In this document: positions 1-8,234 of the stretch, in pieces
Layout of the letters: every line of letters starts with the position of its first letter
How positions within the stretch are numbered: position 1 is the stretch's first letter
From: Candidatus Geocrenenecus sp. JGI 0000106-J15
Lineage (GTDB): Archaea; Thermoproteota; Nitrososphaeria_A; Caldarchaeales; Wolframiiraptoraceae
Reading direction: 5' to 3'
Assembly (NCBI GenBank): GCA_000405685.1
Contig: ASPF01000025.1
Coordinates: forward strand, 5,347-29,346
Length of the DNA: 24,000 nucleotides
Translations under genes and position numbers: made by a program
Notes under the pieces: model-generated
What the model was told of the DNA's origin: nothing
Databases searched by the model: none
What the model saw: only the letters and a program-made list of their open reading frames with translations

Positions 1-738
1 ATGCCGACAGGTTTCATGATGGGTGTAATCCTCGTCGGCTTGGCGAGATGCATCGCAATGGTCATTGTATGGAACGAACTTGCAGAGGGTGACAGAGAGC
101 TCGCTGTCGGGCTCGTAGCCTTCAACGCCATCTTCCAGATCCTCTTCTACGCAGTATACATCTATATCTTCATAACGTTGGCCCTAACTAATCTTGGTTT
201 GGCTGAAATTGTAAAAGCTGAAGTTAGCATCGTTGATGCTGCAAAGACAGTCTTCATATACTTGGGCATTCCGTTTATCGGCGGTGTTTTAACGAGATAT
301 GGAAGCTTCAAGCTCAAGGGTAAGGAGTGGTTCGAGAATGTTTTGGAGCCTAAGATAAGCCCGATAACTCCGATCGCATTGCTTTTCACAATTATCGTAA
401 TGTTCTCGCTGAAAGGAGAATACATAGTCGAGCTCCCATACAATGTTTTCCGAGTTGCGATTCCGCTCGCCTTCTACTTCCTCATCATGTGGTTCGTTAC
501 GTTCTTCATAGCCTACAGACTAGGTGTAGATTATCCTAAGACTACGGCAGTCTCCTTTACAGCTGCGAGCAACGACTTCGAGCTGGCAATAGCTGTTGCA
601 ATAGCGATCTGGGGAATTCAGAGCGAACAGGCTTTTGCCACGGTCATTGGTCCGCTCATTGAAGTTCCTGTGCTCATAAGCCTTGTAAACGTCGCTTTGA
701 AGTTGAGAAAGAAGATTTATGGGATAAATTTAGAGTGA
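1..738 (+). CDS. acr3: ACR3-family arsenite efflux permease (5' end cut by window edge)
   Basis: The ORF is open from base 1 and encodes a polytopic hydrophobic protein. The C-terminal [21 protein letters not shown] is typical of ACR3-type arsenite carriers. Stop TGA at 736-738. Local GC is high (bases 1-60 = 32/60). Confidence 0.8.
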   Translation: MPTGFMMGVILVGLARCIAMVIVWNELAEGDRELAVGLVAFNAIFQILFYAVYIYIFITLALTNLGLAEIVKAEVSIVDAAKTVFIYLGIPFIGGVLTRYGSFKLKGKEWFENVLEPKISPITPIALLFTIIVMFSLKGEYIVELPYNVFRVAIPLAFYFLIMWFVTFFIAYRLGVDYPKTTAVSFTAASNDFELAIAVAIAIWGIQSEQAFATVIGPLIEVPVLISLVNVALKLRKKIYGINLE

Positions 739-742
739 AAAC

Positions 743-1195
743 GTGGAAATAAGGGGTCTTCTGCCCTGCATTACGGAGCCGAGCAAGTACAGAGTGATCA
801 GCAGAATAGATGTGGAGAGTCTTAAAGAAGTTCTCCCATACCTTGCTAGAATTTTGCCGAATGTAAGCTAAACGCAAAGGATGAATGGATCAGCCTCAAG
901 AAGGGGTAGATGATTAGCGCCATCTACAGCGACCGTCTACAGCGACCGCTTCGTAACGATGACAATGGTCAATAACAAGGAGGAAGCATTGGAACCTCTG
1001 AAGGAGATAGAGAACAAAGCTAAAATTGTATGGGAAAAGAAAAACGAGATAGACATAAGTAAAACGTTACAGAAGAGATTTGTAAGCGTAATGGATGTCT
1101 ATAATTATCTTCCAAAGACAAACGAAAAAGTGTGCGGAGAGCAAACTTGCATGGTATTTGCCTTGAAGCTTAGCGCTTCATACTTCTCATTTTAA
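743..1195 (+). pseudogene. Decayed Fe-S-domain protein gene (N-terminal domain plus a PF04060-like LPKTNCxxCGxxTCxxFA motif)
   Basis: Three frames join into one protein-like sequence. GTG743 gives VEIRGLLPCITEPSKYRVISRIDVESLKEVLPYLARILPNVS, ending at TAA 869-871, which looks like a Tyr codon that lost 1 nt. Frame 1 from 871 gives NAKDEWISLKKG, then TAG at 907-909, then MISAIYSDR. The 13-bp duplication at 923-948 shifts into the track ORF 959..1195 (..FVTMTMVNNKEE..YLPKTNEKVCGEQTCMVFALKL). The cysteine motif is also degenerate. Confidence 0.5.
923..948. repeat. Perfect 13-bp tandem duplication (tctacagcgaccg x2) inside the pseudogene
   Basis: Read directly from the sequence: 923-935 and 936-948 are identical. 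The 13-nt length shifts the reading frame by +1. Confidence 0.9.
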
Positions 1196-1236
1196 AAACT
1201 TAAATTTACTTTATTTAATTCCTATGTTATATCTGG

Positions 1237-2319
1237 TTGAGGTTGACGGAGTATTGGTTTAGGTATGGTGTTACAGAGGTTTTCGTAGATATAAGTGATG
1301 AAGTTAGAGTGGAAAAGCTATCGACAGCATATTCAAATGTAAGATATGATTATAGCGTTATCTCAAAGATATTCGATGAAGTTGCTGAAGAGAAGAATAT
1401 AGCTATAATCTTTGATTATGCTTCTAATAGAGAGGTCGACCTACTGAAGTCTCTGATCGCCGAGTTTGAGGCTAGAGGTGTAAAAAAGGATAAGCTTAAA
1501 CTACTTGCTTCTTCTTGGAGGATTAATTCAAAAATTCTAGAGAAAGAGTTAGGAGAAGTCTTGAAACCTTATAGAGATTGCATAGTTTATCCTTGGAGTG
1601 AAGATAAAATTGAGTATAGTGGAGTAATGGTCTCTAGAAGCATCATAGATTCAGAGATTAGAATCTATGTATCCTCTATTCTTCCTCATGGCATATTAGG
1701 GTACCTATCTATAGGGGATTCTCTCAGACTATCGGGATGGCTTGGTAATGATCTAGTAAAGAATTCTGACTACTGGTTTAAGCTGAGAGATGAATTAAGC
1801 CTCATAGGAGTATGTATTGTGGGTGATAGCATTTATCATGGATACTTGTATGAAGTTGAAGATAAATGTCTCAAGGATGCTGAGAGAAAGCATACTCTAA
1901 AGATCGAAGATGAAGCAGAGATACTTCTCGTAGATGGAGGAGGGTGGCCATGGGATTCAACTCTTGAGAGCAGCCTCCACATAGTTAACCTAGTATCTAG
2001 CGGGGTTAAAGATGGTGGATTGATCGGTTTAATATCTGAATGCAGGGAGGGGCTGGGAAGCAATGTCTTCATAAAATCATTATTTTCGCATAGTTTCGAA
2101 GAAGATAGTTTAGGTGTGAAGGCTTTTAGAAAGGTTGTAGACCTATTAAGTAGGAAGAAGCTTGCTTTTGTAACGACTATTCCGAGAAGCGTCTTGGAGA
2201 AGGCATTTTATTCAAGAGGTTTCGATACAGTTCAAGACTTGTTAACTTATGGCTTTAGAATGTATAGTAAGCAAGCTTTTGTCAGGATAGTTGATGGATT
2301 TACATGGTTGATCAAGTAA
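1237..2319 (+). CDS. Divergent LarA-N/DUF2088-like protein (lactate-racemase-fold paralog with non-canonical motif residues)
   Basis: 360-aa ORF with a TTG start. The order of blocks resembles LarA_N: IAIIFDYASN, LKLLASSWR, LPHGILGYLSIGDSL, LLVDGGGWPWDSTLESSLH. Recognised from memory only. Confidence 0.4.
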   Translation: MRLTEYWFRYGVTEVFVDISDEVRVEKLSTAYSNVRYDYSVISKIFDEVAEEKNIAIIFDYASNREVDLLKSLIAEFEARGVKKDKLKLLASSWRINSKILEKELGEVLKPYRDCIVYPWSEDKIEYSGVMVSRSIIDSEIRIYVSSILPHGILGYLSIGDSLRLSGWLGNDLVKNSDYWFKLRDELSLIGVCIVGDSIYHGYLYEVEDKCLKDAERKHTLKIEDEAEILLVDGGGWPWDSTLESSLHIVNLVSSGVKDGGLIGLISECREGLGSNVFIKSLFSHSFEEDSLGVKAFRKVVDLLSRKKLAFVTTIPRSVLEKAFYSRGFDTVQDLLTYGFRMYSKQAFVRIVDGFTWLIK

Positions 2320-2356
2320 GTAAGAGCATGTTTCAGAATAATTCTTCTATATTTTA

Positions 2357-3451
2357 TTATAAGAATCTAAGTGGAACAAATGTTAATATCAACATTCCTA
2401 TGACTAGCATTATAGCCGTTCTTCTTCCTTTAGAGAGTGGTGAGATCTGGTCTAGTGGAGCTATGTCAGGCGTTCTAGGCATCAGTAGAAGTATGAGGAT
2501 TGCGAAGAAGAAGTATCCTGTAATAGCTAGTATAGCTACAGAGATATATCCAGCGATTCTATGCTGTCTACTACTTAAGAAGCTTCTAAAAATCCTTCCA
2601 CCATCAAGCTGCCAAGCTGGGAAGAGGTTTAAAGCTGTTACAAGCATTCCAAGCCATGCTGCGAATCCTACCGTTGTGAATAATGGAACCATGTCTGGTC
2701 TACCGAACAACGGACGTGCAAGATAGAAGATTAGAGGAGAAGGTAGGAGTAGCCCGCCTTCTCTCGCAACTTGATCAACTATAATTTCATATTCTGTGGC
2801 TGGTATCCATCTAGCCGTCATAAATGATGTAAAAAGTACTCCTATGCTTACTAGGAATCCTGCTATTGGTCCGCTTACACCTATATCGAACATGTCATCT
2901 CTATTGATTATCGGGCTTTTCTGGAAGATTAATGCGCCGAAGGTCGGGATCATTGTGGGTATCCCAGGGATAAAATATGGTGGGCTTGACTCCATGTAGT
3001 CTATCCTTGCAGATATTTTATGTCCAAGCTCATGTATACCTATTATTGCTATCAAAGCTACTGCGAAGAGTAATCCATCTAGAAATCTATCTATAAATCC
3101 TGTCTTACCTGTTATTATCTCGTAAACAGTTGTAGATGATCTCAAGTATCCATCTATAGATATTGTGCCTAATGTTGCTATGAAGAGTATTAAGGGTAGT
3201 GCTCGGGACCTCGGTATAGGTAGCTCAACTCTAGGTTTTGGAAATACTCTGACTAGTACTCTACCATCTTCTTTCGTTGCTGTAGGAATTAGATCGTATT
3301 GTTTAAGTTCTTTGTAGAGGTTCCTAAACTTTTCTTTTATATCTTCATCATATACTCTGAAGGATAGGATTCCAGCGTCTAGATATACATCTGAAACGGT
3401 AAAGTGTCTTGTAACAATAGATTTAACAAGGTCAATATTATCTACATACAT
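2357..3451 (-). CDS. Site-2 protease family (M50) intramembrane zinc metalloprotease
   Basis: HELGH (HExxH) sits in a TM helix and is followed by NLFPAWQLDGGR (the NxxPxxxLDGG motif). The protein has multiple TM segments and a soluble N-terminal domain. Confidence 0.85.
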   Translation of the reverse strand: MYVDNIDLVKSIVTRHFTVSDVYLDAGILSFRVYDEDIKEKFRNLYKELKQYDLIPTATKEDGRVLVRVFPKPRVELPIPRSRALPLILFIATLGTISIDGYLRSSTTVYEIITGKTGFIDRFLDGLLFAVALIAIIGIHELGHKISARIDYMESSPPYFIPGIPTMIPTFGALIFQKSPIINRDDMFDIGVSGPIAGFLVSIGVLFTSFMTARWIPATEYEIIVDQVAREGGLLLPSPLIFYLARPLFGRPDMVPLFTTVGFAAWLGMLVTALNLFPAWQLDGGRIFRSFLSSRQHRIAGYISVAILAITGYFFFAILILLLMPRTPDIAPLDQISPLSKGRRTAIMLVIGMLILTFVPLRFL

Positions 3452-3956
3452 ATTTATTTCTTCCTTCTGTCTTGGTTACATATGTGCAATCTTTTATTTT
3501 AAACTTTTCTCTAAATACTAGTATTAAGTAACCGCTGAAAACAATTTGAAATACATCTTAAATATAAGTTATTAGAGGTTTACTACTGGAGTTTCATCAA
3601 TTATATTTAAGCGTATAATTTCTTTTTCATCTTCTACTCTTTATCTCATACTTGATCTTCATAAACCTTCAAATCTTAACGTATTCTCTACATTGATTAA
3701 AGAAGCTAGCTTCATGTATGAATTTCTCTAAAAGTAGTCTTCATCTATTCTTCTAGAATGTATTGTTAATGATGCTTGGTTAGCTTATTTATATTATCGC
3801 AGTCTACGTTTTTCAACCAATAAACAATATTTTTTCCAGGTAACTTGTCTAAGAAATTGCATGTAATTAACTTTATTATTAAAGTATGGTTTTGTTCTCT
3901 CGTGTTCATAGTTTAAGGAATATTTAAGAACTAATGCTATACATGTTTTTCTAGAA

Positions 3957-4469
3957 TTGGTGACTTTGGAGGTTAGACCTGATAGGCACTTAATGGTTAG
4001 GGAAGCAATGGAAGAAGACTTATTGGCTGTTATGAATATTAACCGTATATGTCTTCCAGAAAATTATACTTATGGATTCTTTGAGACTGTTCTCCGCTCT
4101 TATCCTAAGAGTTTTCTAGTTGCTGAAGTAGACAAAAATATAGCTGGATACATCATGTGTAGAGTTGAGAGAATATTCTCAAAATTTCAAAGATTTAAGA
4201 TATGTAAAGCTGGACACGTAATCTCCATAGCTGTCTTGCCTGAGTATAGAAGGATGGGTATAGCTTCTCTGCTCATGAAGAATGCTATGAAGGTTTTAAG
4301 AGAAGTCTATGATTGTAGTGAAGTATTTCTTGAAGTAAGAATCTCAAATAATCCAGCTATAACCCTATATGAAAAACTTGGATTTGTCAAGGTTGACCGT
4401 ATTAAACAATACTATATAGATGGAGAAGACGCATACCTCATGGCTAAAGAACTAGCATATTCTAAATAA
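3957..4469 (+). CDS. rimI: GNAT N-alpha-acetyltransferase, Ard1/RimI type
   Basis: Closely parallels Sulfolobus Ard1 as I remember it: INRxxLPENY, GHVISIAVLPEYRRMGIA (acetyl-CoA site R-x-x-G-x-A), LEVRxSNxPAIxLYEKLGF, YYxDGEDAYLMA. The start is TTG/GTG at 3957-3960, or a downstream ATG. Confidence 0.85.
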   Translation: MVTLEVRPDRHLMVREAMEEDLLAVMNINRICLPENYTYGFFETVLRSYPKSFLVAEVDKNIAGYIMCRVERIFSKFQRFKICKAGHVISIAVLPEYRRMGIASLLMKNAMKVLREVYDCSEVFLEVRISNNPAITLYEKLGFVKVDRIKQYYIDGEDAYLMAKELAYSK

Positions 4470-4497
4470 TCTATTAAATTAAACTTCTATGTCTCTG

Positions 4498-4503
4498 TTT
4501 TTT
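4498..4503 (+). terminator. Oligo-T tract downstream of the acetyltransferase gene (archaeal-type terminator candidate)
   Basis: A T6 run lies about 30 nt after the stop at 4467-4469. Archaeal RNAP terminates at oligo-T. Confidence 0.25.
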
Positions 4504-4552
4504 CTTGGTACATTAACTATATGGTGGATGAAAAGTAATTAGATATTGTTAT

Positions 4553-4888
4553 ATGAAGGAAACTATAATAGGATCTTCAGACTGTTCTAGATGGGTATCT
4601 AGGTTGCCGTATAAGAGGAAGAATAGGGGTAGGAGGAAGGGAGATAAAGGAAGTGAACCTACTGTTCAATGTGATAATTGTGGAGCATTTGTTCCGAGGA
4701 GTAAGATTCAGAGGGTTACAACTCGTGTCTCACTTGTTAGAGGAGACTTAGCTCGAGAATTGAAGCAGATGGGTGCATATATCGCTGAAAACGTAGTAGT
4801 TAAGAATCTATGTATAAGCTGTGCAGTACATTACGGAGTCTTAAAAGTAAGAGCAAGAGAAGAAAGAAGACCAAGACAGTTTCTATAA
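4553..4888 (+). CDS. rps26e: 30S ribosomal protein S26e
   Basis: PYKRKNRGRRKGDKG...VQCDNCGAFVPRSKI...CISCAVH matches eS26. The conserved protein starts at the LPYKRKN position, so the true start is probably TTG 4604 rather than ATG 4553. Confidence 0.9.
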   Translation: MKETIIGSSDCSRWVSRLPYKRKNRGRRKGDKGSEPTVQCDNCGAFVPRSKIQRVTTRVSLVRGDLARELKQMGAYIAENVVVKNLCISCAVHYGVLKVRAREERRPRQFL

Positions 4889-5011
4889 ACCTCTCCCATA
4901 AAGAATTCTACCTGTAATATTGGTTAAAGTAAACTATTTTATGAAGGAATATCTTATGTGTTAACATCAACATTATAATGAACTGAATATATGGTTAGTT
5001 TAGACTAGTGG

Positions 5012-6433
5012 ATGTTTAGAGTTGATGATATCGGTATCCGTCTTCTAAGTTATGGTCCATGTAGTAGAATTAACGGGGTTGAGATAGATCCAGATATATT
5101 AATTGCTCTTGAAGGCTTGGGTACATTTAAAGGTGTAACGATCGAGGAGAGGCTGAATGAGCTTCAAGCTAAGAGTAAGGATCTTAGAGATGTGGCCTCA
5201 AGCATGCATCGAGAATCTACTAGACGGGGACATGCTTCTATTACAACATCCTTGATACTACAGTTTGAAGTAAATCCATGTAGTAGGGCTTCAACACTTC
5301 TACTTGCAGCACAGACATTCGGTTCATATCTACAAGAATCCCAGAGAAGAAGACAAGTAAACAAAGATGAATTCATCATACCTCCAAAGATAAATGATGA
5401 TGAGAAGCTATCAAGTCTATACTATGAAGCAGTTGACTATGTATGGAGATGCTATAAGTCTCTAATTGATAGAGGGACGCCTCTAGAAGATGCACGCTAC
5501 CTACTTCCGATATCCTCTCAAACATCAATATTCGTAACTGGAAGCCTAGAATCGTTCATCTGGCTAATATATTCTTCAGAGAATAGAGATGAGAGATACT
5601 TCCCGATAGAGCTGAAGAAGCTTGGAGAATCAATTAAGAAATTAGCTATGAGTATTTCTCCCCTAATTACTTCTGCCCGCCTCTCTTTCAAGCCTCTACA
5701 CTATGTCTATCCATATCCAGACCTATACAAGACGGAAGACAAGATAATAGAAGAAATAATCAAACGATACCGTGAACCCGACCATCCAATACTGATAGGC
5801 TTCAAAGTAGCTGGAGGTATTGAAGACTTCGTAGAAGAAGCATTAAAGAATCCTGAATACATGAATTCTCTAAACCCATTAATATATGCTTCAACTCTTG
5901 AACCACTCTCAATAGCTGCATATCATCAATCAATAAGACATAGAACTGTACCAACATCTGTTGAATCAATCTATAACGCTATAGAGAGAGCAGGAGGAAG
6001 CATTGAAAAAAATATAATCACTCCACCAACAATAAGATCTAAGGAAGAATCAAGCAAAATATTCAATGAAGCTATCTTTAAACTATTAGAAACTTATTCA
6101 ACTCTAATAAACGAAGATGTACCTCCGTCAGAGGCCATATACTTGTGCCCTCAAGCAGTAAGAATATACACCGTTAGAACCTATAATGCCTTCAACCTAC
6201 TGTGGCCCCAAGGATACATAGGTACAAGGACATGTAGCTATGCTCAATGGGAAGAAAGGATGATAGCTTACAGTATATGGAGGAGTATAGAGAAAGTTTC
6301 ACCGATTATCGGTAGGTTGATGGGAGAGAAGTGTAAACATCTAGGATACTGCCCAGAGAAGAATTGGTGTCAGATAATAAAGAAGTATATTCCAGAATAT
6401 AATGATGAACAACATAAGAAGATGCTGGAGTAG
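5012..6433 (+). CDS. thyX: ThyX-like (flavin-dependent thymidylate synthase family) protein with two tandem ThyX-fold halves
   Basis: Half 1: RGHASITTSLILQFEVNPCSRAS, YLQESQRR, FIIPP, EDARYLLPISSQTSIFVTG. Half 2: YHQSIRHRTVPTSVESIY (RHRxxS motif), IITPP, EAIYLCPQAVRIYTVRTYN, SYAQWEER. At 473 aa it is about twice the usual ThyX length. Confidence 0.6.
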   Translation: MFRVDDIGIRLLSYGPCSRINGVEIDPDILIALEGLGTFKGVTIEERLNELQAKSKDLRDVASSMHRESTRRGHASITTSLILQFEVNPCSRASTLLLAAQTFGSYLQESQRRRQVNKDEFIIPPKINDDEKLSSLYYEAVDYVWRCYKSLIDRGTPLEDARYLLPISSQTSIFVTGSLESFIWLIYSSENRDERYFPIELKKLGESIKKLAMSISPLITSARLSFKPLHYVYPYPDLYKTEDKIIEEIIKRYREPDHPILIGFKVAGGIEDFVEEALKNPEYMNSLNPLIYASTLEPLSIAAYHQSIRHRTVPTSVESIYNAIERAGGSIEKNIITPPTIRSKEESSKIFNEAIFKLLETYSTLINEDVPPSEAIYLCPQAVRIYTVRTYNAFNLLWPQGYIGTRTCSYAQWEERMIAYSIWRSIEKVSPIIGRLMGEKCKHLGYCPEKNWCQIIKKYIPEYNDEQHKKMLE

Positions 6434-6462
6434 AATTCTTGAACTAACTAAGAAGAATGAAT

Positions 6463-7260
6463 TTATTCAAGGCTTACAGGCTCAACTACTCTTCCATCGA
6501 TGATTTTTAACGCTCGAGGAACTACACCGTAGAATCTACATGAGAAGACGGTCTTAAGCTTTCCATTAAAGAGTTCTCCGAAACCTTCTGGATAGGGTTC
6601 ATGTGCTCTAACAAGCATCTCAAGATTATTCTTCTCCATAAAATTGTTGAATGCTCTCCACCCGAATATCTTAGCTCCTCCACCTCTCCAGCTTGGTGCG
6701 AACCATTCAACATCCTCGGATGGATCATTCCACAGTAACTGGAAACCAATACCAGTACGCGGATTCAATTCCCCCTTAGATATACTATTTACTTCATCTA
6801 TCTTCTCTAATCCTTCAGCAACCCCACCATGTACAGCGAATATCTTCTTATGGATTAAGGCAGAATAGGGTAACTTAGAGAAGAGCCTAGCAAAACATTC
6901 ATAGAGTTCAGCGTCATATCTATGATATACAAGATCCATGAATCCGTACCATCTATTCATCTCAACTGTCTCATGGTTCCCCCTCAATATTATCAAGTTA
7001 TCTCTCCAGCTAAGCTTAGATTCTAGAAGCTTAACGATATTCTCCATCTGTCCAGGACCTCTATCAACGTAATCTCCTAGAAAGAGTAGTTTAAGCCCTT
7101 CCTTCTCTGCAATCTTTAAAGCATTACTAGTACTCTCCTCATCTCCATGTGTATCTCCAACAACTAGAAAGCTTCCAGAACTTTGGATTATTAACTGGGG
7201 CTCACTCTCAAAGATAGGCTCAACAGACTCAATCAAACTCTCAATCTCAATCCTACTCAT
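6463..7260 (-). CDS. PPP-family serine/threonine protein phosphatase (PP1-arch type metallophosphoesterase)
   Basis: GDTHGD, GDYVDRG, LRGNHE and VHGG motifs occur in the canonical order. Confidence 0.85.
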   Translation of the reverse strand: MSRIEIESLIESVEPIFESEPQLIIQSSGSFLVVGDTHGDEESTSNALKIAEKEGLKLLFLGDYVDRGPGQMENIVKLLESKLSWRDNLIILRGNHETVEMNRWYGFMDLVYHRYDAELYECFARLFSKLPYSALIHKKIFAVHGGVAEGLEKIDEVNSISKGELNPRTGIGFQLLWNDPSEDVEWFAPSWRGGGAKIFGWRAFNNFMEKNNLEMLVRAHEPYPEGFGELFNGKLKTVFSCRFYGVVPRALKIIDGRVVEPVSLE

Positions 7261-7355
7261 ACACTCTAGAATAGACAGCTCAATCCTATTTAATCAATAT
7301 ATCATAACGTCAAATTTCCGAAAAAATTAATATAATTATTATAGTTATGGATAAC

Positions 7356-8234
7356 CTATTTTTTAAGCACTCTTACGAGGAGGCTGGGTATCTGGGAGGG
7401 TAGTTCAGCTACTTCTACTCCTACTTCTCTGAGTACTTTAATCTTGCTTGCTGCATCTCCTACACCCATAGATATTATTGCTCCTGCATGACCCATCCTC
7501 TTACCTGGTGGAGCAGTCCTACCAGCAACATAAGCTACTACAGGCTTTTCATATCCCTGCTCAACAATATATCTTGCAGCTCTCTCCTCCATATCTCCAC
7601 CTATCTCACCTATCAAGACAACAGCGTCTGTTCCATCATCTTCTCTAAACATCTCTAAAGCATCTATGAACGATGTCCCTGGAACAGGGTCTCCACCTAT
7701 ACCTATAGATGTACTCTGACCTATTCCTGCTTTAGTCATAGCGTACGCTATCTCATATGTAAGGGTACCACTTCTAGAAACTATGCCAACGTGACCTTTA
7801 GAGAATACATGTCCAGGCATGATGCCAACCTTGGATTCTCCAGGAGAAATTACTCCAGGGCAGTTTGGACCAATAATCGTTACACCATTTATTTTAGCAT
7901 ATCTTACAAACTTCATTGTTTCATGTACTGGGATACCTTCAGTAATCACTACGATAAGGTCTAACCCTGCATCTATAGCTTCATAGACTGCGTCTGCCGT
8001 AAATCTTGATGGAACAAAGATTACAGATGTATTCAGTTCTGGATGTCTTCTAACAGCTTCTATAACATTATCATATACTGGTACACCTTCAATAGTTGAT
8101 CCACCTTTACCTGGTGTTACACCTGCAAGAATCTTCGTCCCATAGCTAAGCATAGCTTTTGTATGAAAGCTTCCTTCTCTACCCGTTATCCCTTGAACTA
8201 CAACTCTTGTCTCAGAATCTACAAGCACAGTCAT
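7356..8234 (-). CDS. sucD: Succinyl-CoA synthetase alpha subunit
   Basis: [28 protein letters not shown] and MGHAGAI (phosphohistidine loop). The ATGA overlap at 8231-8234 couples it to sucC. Confidence 0.95.
   Translation of the reverse strand: MTVLVDSETRVVVQGITGREGSFHTKAMLSYGTKILAGVTPGKGGSTIEGVPVYDNVIEAVRRHPELNTSVIFVPSRFTADAVYEAIDAGLDLIVVITEGIPVHETMKFVRYAKINGVTIIGPNCPGVISPGESKVGIMPGHVFSKGHVGIVSRSGTLTYEIAYAMTKAGIGQSTSIGIGGDPVPGTSFIDALEMFREDDGTDAVVLIGEIGGDMEERAARYIVEQGYEKPVVAYVAGRTAPPGKRMGHAGAIISMGVGDAASKIKVLREVGVEVAELPSQIPSLLVRVLKK

Noticed and set aside
959-1195. The 78-aa ORF treated as an independent small gene.
   Set aside because: Its sequence continues a protein-like reading that starts at GTG 743 in other frames, so it is better explained as the 3' fragment of a frameshifted pseudogene.
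3452-3956. A C/D-box sRNA or other ncRNA in the long AT-rich spacer.
   Set aside because: Only partial box matches occur (aatgatgc; ttgatga on the minus strand) and none has a correctly placed CUGA D box. The very low GC argues against a stable thermophile RNA.
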